Source of the DNA: the human T2T-CHM13v2.0 reference genome, Homo sapiens
DNA length: 64,000 nt
Strand: one strand, 5' to 3'
Assembly (NCBI RefSeq): GCF_009914755.1
Contig: NC_060935.1
The translations under genes and the position numbers were made by a program. Below are positions 1-14,200 of this stretch, piece by piece; the first letter of the stretch is position 1, and every line of letters starts with the position of its first letter. Under the pieces are notes generated by a model. It saw only the letters and a program-made list of their open reading frames with translations. It had not been told where the DNA came from and did not search any database.

Positions 1-432
1 CTACTTGAAAATGTTTCCTCAAACATAAAAAGGGCCCCATAGGAAGACAGAGCATGCTGCTTCTGCTCGTCAGTGTCATGTTTTCGTGTGCATCTTGGCT
101 TTGAAAGGGAGGCTGCCTGAGGATGGCTGAGCAGATGCCATTGAGCCACAGGGCTGACCGCCTCGAGTTACCTTGAGTCAGGACTTAAAGTTCTGTGAAA
201 TTAACTTTACTTAAGGGAAGAAGGAAGAAAGGAACAATGGAAGGAAGAAAGGAAAAAAGGTAGGACCTTTTGGTAGATACCCTTTTAGACTTTTTTCTAA
301 ATGTTTATATATATAGGTCAATATTCATTCATCTCTGTGTGCCAAGCACTTAGCTCAGTGTAATGCATGGCACGACTCAGTGATTAATAGATATTCTTCA
401 AAGGAATGAATAATTGAATATGTGGCGTTTAT

Positions 433-800
433 TGACTGACAACGATTTCCTCTTATTCTTTTCTTTGTCAGGATGAAGAAAAGCAGATCACTCTAAGAAT
501 GACAGGTTTCCTGGGTGCTGTGAAGCATACCTAAACAGATAGCTGCAAAGAAGGATCTTTTCTCTATTTCAAGACATGAACACTGCCCCATCCCCACTCC
601 TGGTATTTTGTACCCTAAACAAAATTGGGTATTTGCCTGATATAACCTGAAAAAGGTGGTGCATTATACTTTACATAGTGATTTATAGTTTACAGGCTGC
701 TTTTACGATGGTCTCATTTAGTTTTCCAAAATCAAGCTGTGATATAGTGCTATTATTCCCCTTTTTAAAAAGAGGAAATGGGGGACATGTGAGGGTAAGT
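433..800 (+). other. Candidate non-coding exon: 3' splice site at 470-471 (exon start 472), possible donor at 795
   Basis: Branch-point-like ACTGAC (435-440), pyrimidine tract TTTCCTCTTATTCTTTTCTTTGT, then CAG|G; downstream AGG|GTAAGT at 795-800 lies inside a MIR. Confidence 0.4.
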
Positions 801-865
801 GAGTGGTTCAAGGTCACACGACTAGTCAGCAGCAGAACCAGGACTAGAATTGCAAGCCCAGTGTT
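680..865 (-). mobile_element. MIR SINE
   Basis: Reverse-strand MIR core (TATTATTCCCC...GAGGAAA...AAGGTCACAC.ACTAGT..GCAGAACCAGGA). Confidence 0.7.
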
Positions 866-1428
866 CTTGAGGGTTGAGCCCCAGGAAACTCTGTCCAGGG
901 CTTTGCCATCATGGGGATTTGCCCGACCGCCCTTAGGCAGCGGAGGGATGGAGTGCAGAGACAACTGGCCTTCATCCTTTGTCCCAAGCCCTGCCCTCTG
1001 GGAAGTCCAGGACCAGAGAGCCGCAAGGGTGACATTGTGATCCACCTCAGTTGAATGGCAGTAAAATGATCAAGCCCTTGTTCTGAATGACTTTACCTCG
1101 AGGTGACGTCTTCCACAAGACTGACTGTGACATTAAAAATGGATGAGGCCGGGGACGTTTTCCACCCAGAGCTCAACAGAAACTGGCAAGTGTCAAATTT
1201 GAAATTTTGCACTGCAGCTCACAAGCATCTACTGACCTAAGACATGAAGGCTCCAACCTGGAAACAATCCAGGACTAAATGTTGACAACTAACTCAGGGA
1301 GAGAGAGGGAGAATATAAAATGCCTGGGCATGGCAGCAGCAAAGGGCTTTGGGTCTTTACCTGCAGTTGTGGGCAAGTAGAAAATAATCCATGCAGGATT
1401 CAAGACCTGCCTTCTCATCCTGACCCTG

Positions 1429-1763
1429 TGCAATGATTGGAATGTGCCCCCTTCAAAATTCAGGCATTGCAAATGTGATTGCATCAGAAGATGGGGCCCG
1501 TAAGAGGTGATTAGGCCATGAAGTCTTCTCTCTCATTAATGGGATTAAGGCGCTTGTAAAGAGGCTTCACTGCAGCTTTAGGTTAGCTTGCCCTTCTGCC
1601 TCCAGCCATGTGAAGACGGCATGGAAGATGCCCACCAGACCATCTAGCTGGTGCCTAGATCTTGTAGTTCCCAGCCTCTGGAACTGTAAGAAATAAATTT
1701 CTGTTCTTTATAAGTTATCCAGGCTCAGGTATCTTGTTGTAGCAGCACAAATGAACTAAGACA
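1429..1763 (+). mobile_element. MaLR solo LTR (MSTC/MSTD-like)
   Basis: TG..GAATGTGCCCCC start, GAGGTGATTAGGCCATG, AATAAATTTCTGTT, ends GAACTAAGACA. Confidence 0.8.
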
Positions 1764-1835
1764 CCCGCCACTGTGTTGTGTGACTCTGAGCAGATGGTTT
1801 CCCCTCCCCAGAACTAAGTTTTTCTTTAACTTTTA

Positions 1836-2207
<372 letters not shown>

Positions 2208-2210
2208 CTA

Positions 2211-2560
<350 letters not shown>

Positions 2561-3427
2561 TCATGTAGCAAAATAAATTGTAGGATACACACACACACAT
2601 CTGCACATCTATATATACTCAAAAAGTTTACAGTCTCACAGATGAAATATGTAGATGTTGAAAAAAGTAATCCATACTTGCTACCTTTGTTCTTACCTAA
2701 GCCCTGGGTCCCTTGTTCATCTCTCCCACTTGCCTTTCAGTATCCTGCCTACTGCCTCTTCTATACACATAACTGTTTTTGAATGAATGAATGTGAGTGA
2801 GAAGTGTGCACAGGTCTTATCTCTTCTGAGAGAGTCTAATGCAATGGAAAGAAATTTGGCACCCAACACACCTGGTGTATTCCCAGCTTCATCTTTAATC
2901 ACCTGTGAAGCTTGGGGCAGGATCACCATTACTCCATCTGTAAAAGGGGATTATGGAGAGGAATCAAGATGATTTGCGTGAGTTCCCTAGAGTAGACCTG
3001 AGCTCTGGTGGTTGCTCAATGCGTGGTAGCTGCTCTCTGTCACATGCATGAGGCTGCATGAGGTTACACCGTATCGGAGCTGCAGGATAGCACATAAAAA
3101 TGCAATTATTTCATATTAGGGTAACCAGGGCAGGATTTCTGGGGGAGGAGTATTTAGATGGGGCCCAGAAAGAGGGCCCCCAAGTGTGGTAGGTAGAGAT
3201 GGGAAAGGGAACAGCAATCCAAGTGAGGGAGAGCCAGGGTGAGGAGGCAGAAAAGCGGAAGGAATGGCAAGGCTGTAGAAGGTAGGGTGGTTTACTTGCA
3301 GGAAGATGTAGCTGGAAAGATAAATTGGGGCCAGGTTTTAGAGGGTATGAGTGGCAGGCAGAGCATTTGGACTTTATCCTATGAAAAATGAGCGGCCATT
3401 GGAGGTTTTGAGCAGATGAGTGACAGG

Positions 3428-3736
<309 letters not shown>

Positions 3737-4832
3737 GGTGAGTGACAGGTTTAAGAAACTATATTTCTTTGGGGCTAGTTGTGGAAAAAGTCACGGCAAC
3801 AGCAGCTCAGTGCAAAGATGGGTACACATTACAGAGATGGACTTTGAAGCAGACTTTACTGAGCTCATTCTAAACAGACGCTATGGTGCAAGCAGCTCAT
3901 GCGTTCTGGAATGTGAAGCCTCTGACAAAGGTCTTGGGAGAGAGATTGGAGTCATCTTGGGTAAGGGTGGGGGTAGGACAAGATAATGTAGGATAGGTTT
4001 TTGAGAGGAGGGAAACTCGTGTAGGGATTTATGGCTCTCACTACAGTGGCATTTAAATGGATTAGTCATGTAAGATCTTGAATGTGGACCTACGGCTGGA
4101 GTCTTCAGGGACCCGGGGTGACAAGGCAACTTTATTTTAGCCGAAAAGCAGCAAGTTCTTCAGCTCTGAGTAACATTGATGTCAAATAACAACCCCTTAG
4201 CACTGGCAAAGAAAGATGAAAAAGAAAAGGAAAATGAAAGAATTAAAAAAAAAGGGATGAAAGGAAGAAAAAAGAGGAATGTACTGGAAAGAGAAAATAG
4301 GAAAGGAAAAAGTAAGGCAGGTCATAGCCAGGGATGCATTCTGCTCACAGTTGCCTGCCATGCACTGTGCTGCCCAAGGCGCCTGCCCTGCCTCCATCAG
4401 TCACTTCAGCTGGCCGAGAGGAGGTCCAGGATGCCAGAAGACTATAGTCAATTTCATCTTTCTGACTATAAACAATTCAAATGGAAAAATGTTGGATGAG
4501 ACCCCAGTGGCTCAGTCTGGATGGAGGAGATTTACTCATCAATCTTTGAGTTTTTTCACTTCTGGGGATTGTCACCCATGTCAGATCCATCTGGACATCT
4601 CAGCTTTTTATTTTTTTCCCAAATGTCTAGCCAGGAAGAATATTTAACACATTTAAATGTAAGAAACTAGGACATAGAGAGAAAAAACTGGGTGTTAGCA
4701 TCAGTTTCTCCCTTTTTCATAAAGTCTAAGTGTTATTATAAGATCGTTAGATCCATTGAATAATTGAATTTGTTTAACTACTACGTCACAAGGGCTTGGT
4801 AGACACCAGACACTGTACAAGCTATTGTTGGG

Positions 4833-5183
4833 CTTCTTTTTTTGCTTTTGCTTTTTTTTTGTTTGTTTGTTTTTGTGTTTTTTTTTTTTGTTTTTTTGAG
4901 ACAGGGTCTGGCTCTGTTGCCCAGGCTGGAGTGCAGTGGCATGACCTTGGGTCACTGTAACCTCTTCCTCCTGGGTTCAAGCCATTCTCCCACCTCAGCC
5001 TCCTGAGTAGCTGGGACGACAGGTGTGGACCACCACACCCAGCTAAGTTTTGTATTTTTTTTTTATAGAAACAGGGTTTTGCCATGTTGCCCAGGTTGGT
5101 CTTGAACTCACGAGCTCAAGTGATCCATCCACCTTGGCCTCCCAAAGTGTTGGGATGACAGGCGTGAGCTACTGCACCCAGCA
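4833..5183 (-). mobile_element. Alu (Jb/Sz)
   Basis: Reverse dimer with long mixed T tail. Confidence 0.9.
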
Positions 5184-5481
5184 TGGACTCCTAATAGGAC
5201 CCCCTATGTCATAAAGATGAGATCACACAATGGACAAAAGAACAACAGAGACGATATTGCAAGGCGTTCCCCTAGTTACATGTCTGGTAAAAAAACAAAA
5301 CTCATTCTCATGAGTTCTTCCTTACATCTTTCTACTACTCTGCCTTTTCCTGTTTTCTGCCTGTACCACTGATATCTTCTGTGCTTAAAAGTGCTGCTTG
5401 AAAATAACTTCAAGGCTAAATAATCCCATTTCTTTAGCAGTCAAACTTGAATCAGGATTTTTTGTTACTCTATTTTCCATC

Positions 5482-5893
5482 TGCTATAGACTGAAAGTTT
5501 TCATTCACTCAAAATTCATATGTTGAAATTCTAATCCCCAATGTGATGGTATTAGGAGATGGGACCTATGGGTAGTAATTGGTTCATATTAGGGTAGTAA
5601 TTAGGTCATATTACTATGACCTATGGGTCATAATTAGGTCATATTAGGTCTAATGAGGTGGAGTCCTTAGGATGGGATTAGCACCTTTAAAAGAAGAGAC
5701 ATCAGTCCCTCTGCCTTGTGAAGATATAAAGAGAAGACAGCTGTCTACTAGCTAAGAAGAGTGACCTGATCAGACACCAAACCTGCCAGGGCCTTGATCT
5801 TGGACTTCCCAGCCTCCAGAACAGTGAGGAATACATTTCTATTGTTAAGCCCCCAAGTCTATGGTATCGTGTTATAACAGCTGAGCTAAGACA
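5482..5893 (+). mobile_element. MaLR solo LTR (MLT1A0-like) with internal micro-duplication
   Basis: TGCTATAGACTGAA...CAAAATTCATATGTTGAAA...GCTAAGACA; 5-bp TSD CCATC at 5477-5481 and 5894-5898. Confidence 0.85.
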
Positions 5894-6675
5894 CCATCTT
5901 TACAACTCTCTTACAATGCTAGCTAGTTATCCAGTCCTTCCTAGGGGTCAGGCCTTTTACTTTCATTATCTGTAAGCCTCACAACAACCTCTTACAGGAA
6001 ATTGAAACTCAGCTAGGTTTCATTACTTGCTTGGAATACATGGCTAGAAAGTAGCAGAGTCAGGCTTTGACCCTTCGGTCTGTCCAAATTCTGCAAAGTG
6101 GTCTCTTTCCCCCACACAGTTTGTCTCCCAACCCCCTAACTGTGAGTTATTTCCCACTCTGCTCTTGCCCTTGCCATGGAACCAGGGAATTTCAATTAGG
6201 AGACTGTGTCTCTTGGTTTTCTCTCTATTAATAAATGTTTGATTGATTCTAAATGAGCTGTCACTATGCCTTGGTGTGAGAATTACAAGCAGTTCCACAA
6301 GCAGATTGTAAGGTGACAGCCACGTGACCCAAGCTGTTACTGCGACAGCAGCTGTGGAGGAAGAGTATTTAATTATGGAGACGGGAGGAAGGGGACCAAC
6401 GGGTCTGAGGGGAAAACTTGGTTGTTCCTGGCCTTATCAACTCCTCAGGATTAAGAAACTGATCTTTGTTCTGTCTCTTCATATCCTTTTGATTTTTAAA
6501 ATAAAATGTAAGTCAAAATTCCTTATTGCATTTAAAATCTGCACCAGTTTTGTTCTCTGGTTCTCTTGGGCAATAGGAGTGATAAAGCGTGAACTATCAC
6601 CTTTGAAACTCGTGCCTGAGGAACTTGACTCAGATCTGCAAGCATAAAGGGTTTAAACAGTTCTGTTTTTTCTCT

Positions 6676-6890
6676 GAGCCTGGGAGTTCGAGGCTGCAGT
6701 GAGCCATGGTTACACCACTGCACTGCAGCCTGGTGACAGAGTGAAACCCTCCTTTCAAATATATGTATTTGATATATCAAATATATATATATATATAAAA
6801 CATATATGTGTGTATATATAAAATATATATGTGTATACATATAAAATATATAGGTATATATATAAAATACATATATATAATACATAGATA
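6676..6890 (+). repeat. Alu 3' fragment followed by (TA)n-rich microsatellite
   Basis: GAGGCTGCAGTGAGCC...GACAGAGTGAAACCC, then about 130 bp of TA/CATA repeats. Confidence 0.85.
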
Positions 6891-8563
6891 AAAGGTGCCC
6901 CATCCGCAGGTGAGCACAGCCCTGTGCAAAAGGCAAGACTCTTGAGTGAAGCAGTAGGCTGGACTTCAGCTCCATTCAGCCCCTGGGTCAGGTGCCCCCA
7001 TAACCACAAAGTCCATCCCCCATAACCACACACAGCAAACCTATCTAATGCTAGGCACGTTTCAATCAGTTAGGATTTATTAACTGTTATTAGTATTACT
7101 TACTGTATGTCCACCAAGCCCTGAATAAATAGAGACATTAAAAGGAATTAAGGCTTTGTATCATTATCAATGAAGGGACATTGTTGCCTCAGTTTCTGAG
7201 AGGATCCTGGCCACAGATGCTAAGTTCCTTAAATCTGGTCTAGCGATAAGAGTGAGGGCAGGAGAAAGTGGCACTGATACAAGTGGCTGAGGTCAGGGAA
7301 CTATCACCCAGATGCCATATTTCCCAATGTTCAGGTCTGCCTGGAGAAGCAAACGTGGGTAGGAGAAAAGTTTGAGGTCTTTTCTCAAACTTTGGGGACA
7401 GAAAGATCTGGGGACAGAAAAACTGAGTTCCATCCCCAATTCCTGCGATCATGGGCCAGGCCTTTTACTCCTGAGGTCTCCTCATTCTAAAAATGTGGGT
7501 TACAATTACTTTCCTATATATGTTAGATGGCTTTGAGGATCGCACAAGATGATTTCTGAAAAAGTACTGTGAATTCTGTGAGACGCAATATAGATGGAAA
7601 TTGTCGTTTCTTTTCTCAACGTATTTGTTAGGTTTGCTGAAACAAGGAGGCAAGGTTTTGGACTGTGAGCATCCGAGGGGTAAGGATATGAGCTTTATCT
7701 TTTCTTTCCAAATTGAACATGGGTAGCCTTCTGTGCGATCTGGGCCTGGCAGCGTGCCAAGTGCTCTTGAGTGACTCCTGCTGGTCGTGGATGGAGCCGT
7801 GGGGTCAGGGCACACAGGGACTGCCTCCCCCAGCCTTCAGCTGATACTTGACGATCTCTAAGTGTGCATTTCGGAGCGTTCCCTTCCCACCAGTCGGTGG
7901 AGACTACCTTTGCATTTCTTGTTCTGCCAAAAAGATTCACACTTGTTGAAACCTATGACTAATTTGTCATACCCAACATCCAGATTTGATGTGAATTCCC
8001 AAAATAACCTTCTGGCAAACTCACCTGAATTCTCAAAACTTTTTCTCTGTTCTCCACCATAATCTGCCTATGTATTCACAAGGCCGAACCATCACCACAA
8101 ATTTCTGCAGGAAAAATAGCAATTCAATTACAGAAAGTGAATTAATAGTCCATTTTCGTAAAGTCGGGCTGCGTCCGGCACTGAGACGCTAAGAATCTAT
8201 GACTTCAGCTTTTTCTCCTGAAGCACTCCTCCAAAATGCACCACTGGGCACAGTTCCACTGGGAAGCTAAATAAATCAGGAAAACACAGTGGCCTGTGAG
8301 ATGCTGAGAATTTAGAATTCAAGATAGCTTCAACTTTGATTTGTCCTTTTTTCTAATGGATGTTCTCTTTAGTTTCTATGAATTTGTGAAACACATATTT
8401 GTGGTTTAACCCATCAGTTTTTTCTGTACAGCAGGAAAAGTAAGTTTTGTTTTTACTCAGAAGAAAACGAAAGCCTGGAGATGTTAAGCAATTTGCTTAA
8501 AGTCCCAAAGGACACGTCTCAAATATGCTTATCAATAAAACGTGTGGGTCAGTGGGTGAGTTA

Positions 8564-9285
<722 letters not shown>

Positions 9286-9673
9286 AGAAAAGGCAACTTA
9301 TTCTAAGACCCAGATCCGACATTCTCTCATGAGGTGGAATTAGCTCCTGGGATGTGCAAGTATGATTAGAGATGTTGATTTAAACTTCAGTTTTGCAATA
9401 GAAGAAATATTAACCATCTTTCTTAGTTCCAAAAGAAACTCTCATAAAATAGAAGAGTTGCAATTGGAATCCTCATGTAGAATATTCAGGTGTGTATGGG
9501 AAAGTGATGACGAAATTGCTCTTTTTCACAAGAGTCTTGATATGGAAAGCAGTGAAGTGGGAAAAAGAGTTAAGTCAGACGGAAACTGGGAGAAACCCTT
9601 GAAACAAGTGGTTTGATCTGCTTGGTGGCCTGTAACTTCTGCCACCTGAAAAGATCTGCATCATTTCTGCATT

Positions 9674-10003
9674 TCTTTTCTTTTCCTTTTTCTTTCTTTT
9701 TTTTTTTTTTTTTTTTGAGATGGAGTTTCGCTCTTGTTGCACTCCAGGCTGGAGTGCAATGGTGCAATCTCAGCTCACACAACCTCCGCCTCCTGGGTTC
9801 AAGTGATTCTCCTGCCTCAGCCTCTCAAGTAGCTGGGATTACCGGTGCTCGCCACCACGCCCAGCTAATTTTTTGTATTTTTAGTAGAGATGGGGTTTCG
9901 CCATGTTGGGCAGGCTGGTCTCGAACTCCTGACCTCAGGTGATCTGCCCGCCTTGGCCTCCCAAAGTGCTGGGATTACAGGCATGAGCCACTGCACTCAG
10001 CCA
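9674..10003 (-). mobile_element. AluSq/Sp
   Basis: GAGTTTCGCTCTTGTTG diagnostic; TSD TTCTGCATTT. Confidence 0.9.
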
Positions 10004-10284
10004 GGTTCTGCATTTTACTTTACTCTTTTCATTTGAACTTTGTTGTATGGACACAGCACACAGTGTGCTCAGTCAGCACCTGCCACACTCACAGCAAGCT
10101 TTAGCATGAGCTAGAATGACTCAGAGAAGCCTCCCTGGTGAACCCCACCTGGCTCTGGCCAATCCAACTTCACGTTCCCACAAAAGGCATTGTACTTGCA
10201 CAGGGCCTGAGCTTGGTCCACCAATGGAACTATCTTGTAGGAAAGATTGCTGGGCTTTGGGTATTTGTTAACTAACGTCTTTGC

Positions 10285-10510
10285 ATTGGTTTCTGGACCA
10301 ACTGAGGGCAATCTGGCTCCCTAGAGGACACCTGGCAATGTCTGGAGACTTTTTTGGTGTTACAATTAGGGGTGCTATTGGCACCTACTGGTGTATCTAG
10401 TGAGTAGGGGTCATGGATGCTGCTAAACATCTTACCTTGCAAAGAACAGCCTCCCTCAACAATAATAATCTGGCCCAAAATGTCAATAGTGCCATGTTTG
10501 AGAAACTCTG
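10285..10510 (+). mobile_element. MER20 (hAT-Charlie DNA transposon)
   Basis: GGCAATGTCTGGAGAC...GATGCTGCTAAACATC...ATCTGGCCCAAAATGTCAATAGTGCC..GAGAAAC. Confidence 0.85.
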
Positions 10511-10526
10511 TTCTGGACCAATTCAA

Positions 10527-10665
10527 TTTTCTTTTTTTAAAATTTGTAGAGACAAGGTCTTGCTATGTTTCCCAGGCTGGTCTTGAACTCCTGGCCACAG
10601 ACAATCCTCCCTCCTTGGCCTCCCACAGTGCTGGGATCACAGACATGAACTACTGCATCTGGCCC
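10527..10665 (-). mobile_element. FLAM / Alu left monomer
   Basis: Single reverse monomer. Confidence 0.8.
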
Positions 10666-10757
10666 AATTCTTTTCTAAAGCAAGTGAAGTATAGTAGGAT
10701 TATAGTGAAGCTTGTACCACACTGCTTTTAGCCTTATAAAAGAGGATCTGCCAAACT

Positions 10758-11291
10758 CTATTATGATAATACTGCTATATAACCACCAACCACAGAACCT
10801 AGGCAACATACAACAATAAACTTTTGCTCATGAGTCCAGAGTCAGTTGGGCAGTTCTGCTAAACTGGGCCAGGCTTGGCTAACTCTGATGGAGCTCACTT
10901 AGGTCTCTGCAGTCATATGGTGGTTTGGCCTGGGAGCTGGCTGCTGTAATATGACTTCACTCAGCGGTGGGTGGGCTGTTGGCTGACATGGCAAGGGTAA
11001 CTGGATCACATGGTCTGTCATCACCCAACAGGCTCACCCAGGTTTTTCACATGTCTGTGGCAAAGTTCAAGAGAAAGAAAGTAGAAACATGAGAGGCCTC
11101 TGGAGGCCTGGGCTTGGAACTGGCATGTTATCACTTCCACTGTACTCTACTGGTCAAAGGAAGTTGCAAGATTCAAGGCCTGGAGGAACTGACTGTATCT
11201 TTTCATGAGAAGAGCTGCAAAGTCAATTGCAATGGGCAAGGATACGGGAAGGAGTGAAGAATTGTGGAAATGTTTGCAGAAAATCTACCAC
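10758..11291 (-). mobile_element. MaLR LTR (MLT1G/H-like)
   Basis: GCTCATGAGTC..GTCAGTTGGG, GGCTTGGAACTGGCA..TCACTTCCAC, ends AATCTACCACA. Confidence 0.65.
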
Positions 11292-11539
11292 ACCCTTCTT
11301 CTCCAATCCTAACTTACATTTATGCTTCAAAATTCACTAGACCACTACTCCTCCAGGAAGCTTGGTCTAACCTCCTCTGTCCTCCTACTGACTGCCAGGC
11401 TGACGTCTCTCATAGCACTCCTCACATTGTGCCACAATCATGGGCACAACCATTGGCCTGCCCCCACTCGACTCCAAGCCATCCTGAGGGCAGGATGCAT
11501 GAATGAGTGAATATATGTCCTTAATGTTTTGTAAATCTG

Positions 11540-11750
11540 GCTGTAGAGCATAAGGAGCTTGGGTTCTAGAGTGAGAATGCCTCCATTCAGATCCAACTTT
11601 TGCCTCTTACTAGGTCAAGCCAAGCAAGTGAATAAATGATTTCTCTCTTCCTCTGTACAATGGGGAGAATAATAGTCCATACTCCAGAGGCGCAGGGGAG
11701 TGATTGGCACATAGGAATCCTCAGTCATGGTAGCGTCTGTTATTATGAAC
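11540..11750 (+). mobile_element. MIR SINE
   Basis: TAAGGAGCTTGGGTTCTAGAG...CTGTACAATGGGGAGAATAATAG. Confidence 0.6.
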
Positions 11751-13199
11751 GCCTCTTTCTCCATTTCAATTTGGCACCTGGTTTGTAGAGACCTGTGACT
11801 TCATTCACTAATTCATGCATTTAACAAGTATCTGTAGAGCCCTCACTCGCTAGACACAGCACTCCTTGCTTCTCCTCACACAGTAAGAGAACCGCACATG
11901 TCACCCGGCAATTGACTCCTCAGCGTTTGAATTCATTTTCATCTATGGCTGGTTTTGCCTTCCATTCAGTCATTAGAAGAGATGAATGTTTCCTTCTGTA
12001 GAGGTGACACAGCCAGGGAGTCACCATGCTCCCAGGGAGAGGAGTCCTATGCATCCTTTCCTTCCAGGCCTGACTCATCAGGGAGACGTTGCCTGGGCTG
12101 TTGAATTCCTATAGATCACGGAGACAATGAGGAGAACTGTGTAGGAAGGAGATTTTAGCAAGCTCAAGAGCTGAATTCGGTGTGTTGCTGTAACATTTTG
12201 GGAACTTTTAAAATAAGACACATGTACGATTTCAGACAGATTTTTAAATGGCAGCATAAAATAGCTGCTTCTGCCGCAGACTGGTTTTTGTGGGTTTTAT
12301 AACCAGAAAAAATTAGAAGATGGCTCATGAATAATACACTGACTCAATTCTGGGAGTCGCAGTGCCCCTCACAGTGTGACTGTGTCTACCGCTTTTAATA
12401 TCCTGCAAATTGACCGGGTGTCTCTCACTTAGCAGGTCTCAGCAGAAATGGAATCTGGCAGGAGGATGGCATCACCAGCTTCTTCCAGGTTCCAAGTTGC
12501 CAAGTCAGATGACTCTTGCTTGGCCTTGAAATTGTTCTCTTTCTTAGAGGTTTCAGGTTAGAATTGAATACTTCTGAAACATTTGCAGGAGATTCTAGGT
12601 GTCTGGTGTAAGCTGGATTGCACAAGTAGAAATTTGGAAAAATTCAGCCTAAAGTGGATTTGCATTTTGATGGCCCATCTTAGGGAATTTACTGTAGTGT
12701 TATTGCTGCCAAATACCTGTGTCCATACTAATATTTTTTAGTCTCTAAAATACTTTTGTATTACACAATCAGAAGAGTATAATTTAGCATTGGTTATACT
12801 GGCTTTGAAAGTATATTTGAACATTTCCATGTGAGTTAGTTTTGCTTTCAAAATAAGGATTTAGATTTTTGAGTAAAAGGCCATGTCTTGTGTTTATATT
12901 GTTTTCTCCACAATCCCTAGCACCAAGCTGGAAACGTATCACTTGATTCCTACCTGTCAGTTGTCACAAACAGGGAGCTCACAAACTTGTTTAGTTTGGC
13001 TATTTTTTTTTTATTTTGTATCAGTGCAAAGTGATAACAGGGAATATAATCAGATAGATATTACCCTGGGTCATAATAAAAGCAGCCTAACATGGGATGG
13101 TGCCTCTGTATGTTTACGTGGTCTTCCCAAGCAATTTGGGTTTCCCCCAGTGCTCAAAGCTCATTTGCTTGGAGTTTTCTTTCCATTACCCATTCCCTA

Positions 13200-14200
13200 A
13201 GTCCTGCCCTTACTTCAAGGTGCAATTCTAATTCCATCTTCCCTATGAAATCTTCCTGACGTGGCTCTTATAAGAGTCTCCCCTCTCCTGAGCACATCCA
13301 GCATCTCCCCTCAGTGTGCTTTATTTGGCAGCTAGTACCTACACTCAGTGTTTTTGTTCTGTAGGCATTTGTCCTCCTGGCCGATTAAGTTGTAGATCCT
13401 TTTCAAGCAGGCTCTGAGTTAATGTGGCTTTGTAGCCTCCTGGCGACCTGTACAGAGTAGGTGTTAAATATGCATTTGTAGGCAGGTAAGATTGATCCTC
13501 CGAGAGGCAGTCATTTATCATGGCACTTTCCTGAAAGGACTAGGCCAATCTTTTGGCCACATTGCTCTTGCCCAGATCTCCATTTACCATTGATTACAGC
13601 CACAGATCTCTTTTTAGTCTTTATCCTCGTATTCTTTATCATCATTAAAGATAGTGCAAGCCTCCAAACCTTGACTCTTTCCCTGTATCGTCTCCAAAAG
13701 ACTTTGTTTGTTTGTTGAGCGTCTGTCTGCATTTTTTCCTTAGCTAACTGTTTTCCTGAATTCAATTTCAGGAGACAGACTGCAGCAAGAACAGTATTAG
13801 ACACATCTAGTAGTGTCACGTTTCTTAACTTAACAGATAAGTATTCAGCACCTATTCTGTGCATTGCTCTGAGTAACACCACTGGCAATTTATGACTCCT
13901 GTTCTGTTCTAAGGAGCTTTCAGGCCAGTTGAAGAAATCCTACACACACATGCAAAATACATACATAAATCAAGACACTATGAACAGTACTTAAATGTCA
14001 GTAAGTGCTACAAATTCCAAGAAGGGAGATGTCTCTAAAGAGTGGGGGAAGATTTAAGGAGGAGACAGAGCTATTCTGGGCCTGGAGCATGAGTGGAATT
14101 GGTAGAGGTGAAATGGAGCAGGAAAGAGGCACCAGAGCAGGGGGACAATCTGGAGGGGGAAGACTTGAAGCCTCAAGGTCACAGGTAATCTGACACTTAC
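13200..14200. mobile_element. L2 LINE fragments
   Basis: L2 3'-end motifs (CTTCAAGG..CAATTC, GTAGGTGTTAAATATG; AAGTATTCAGCACCTATTCTGTGC). Confidence 0.5.

Noticed and set aside
678-1045. Overlapping 120-aa ORFs on both strands
   Set aside because: Largely within a MIR; no recognisable domain; consistent with chance ORFs.
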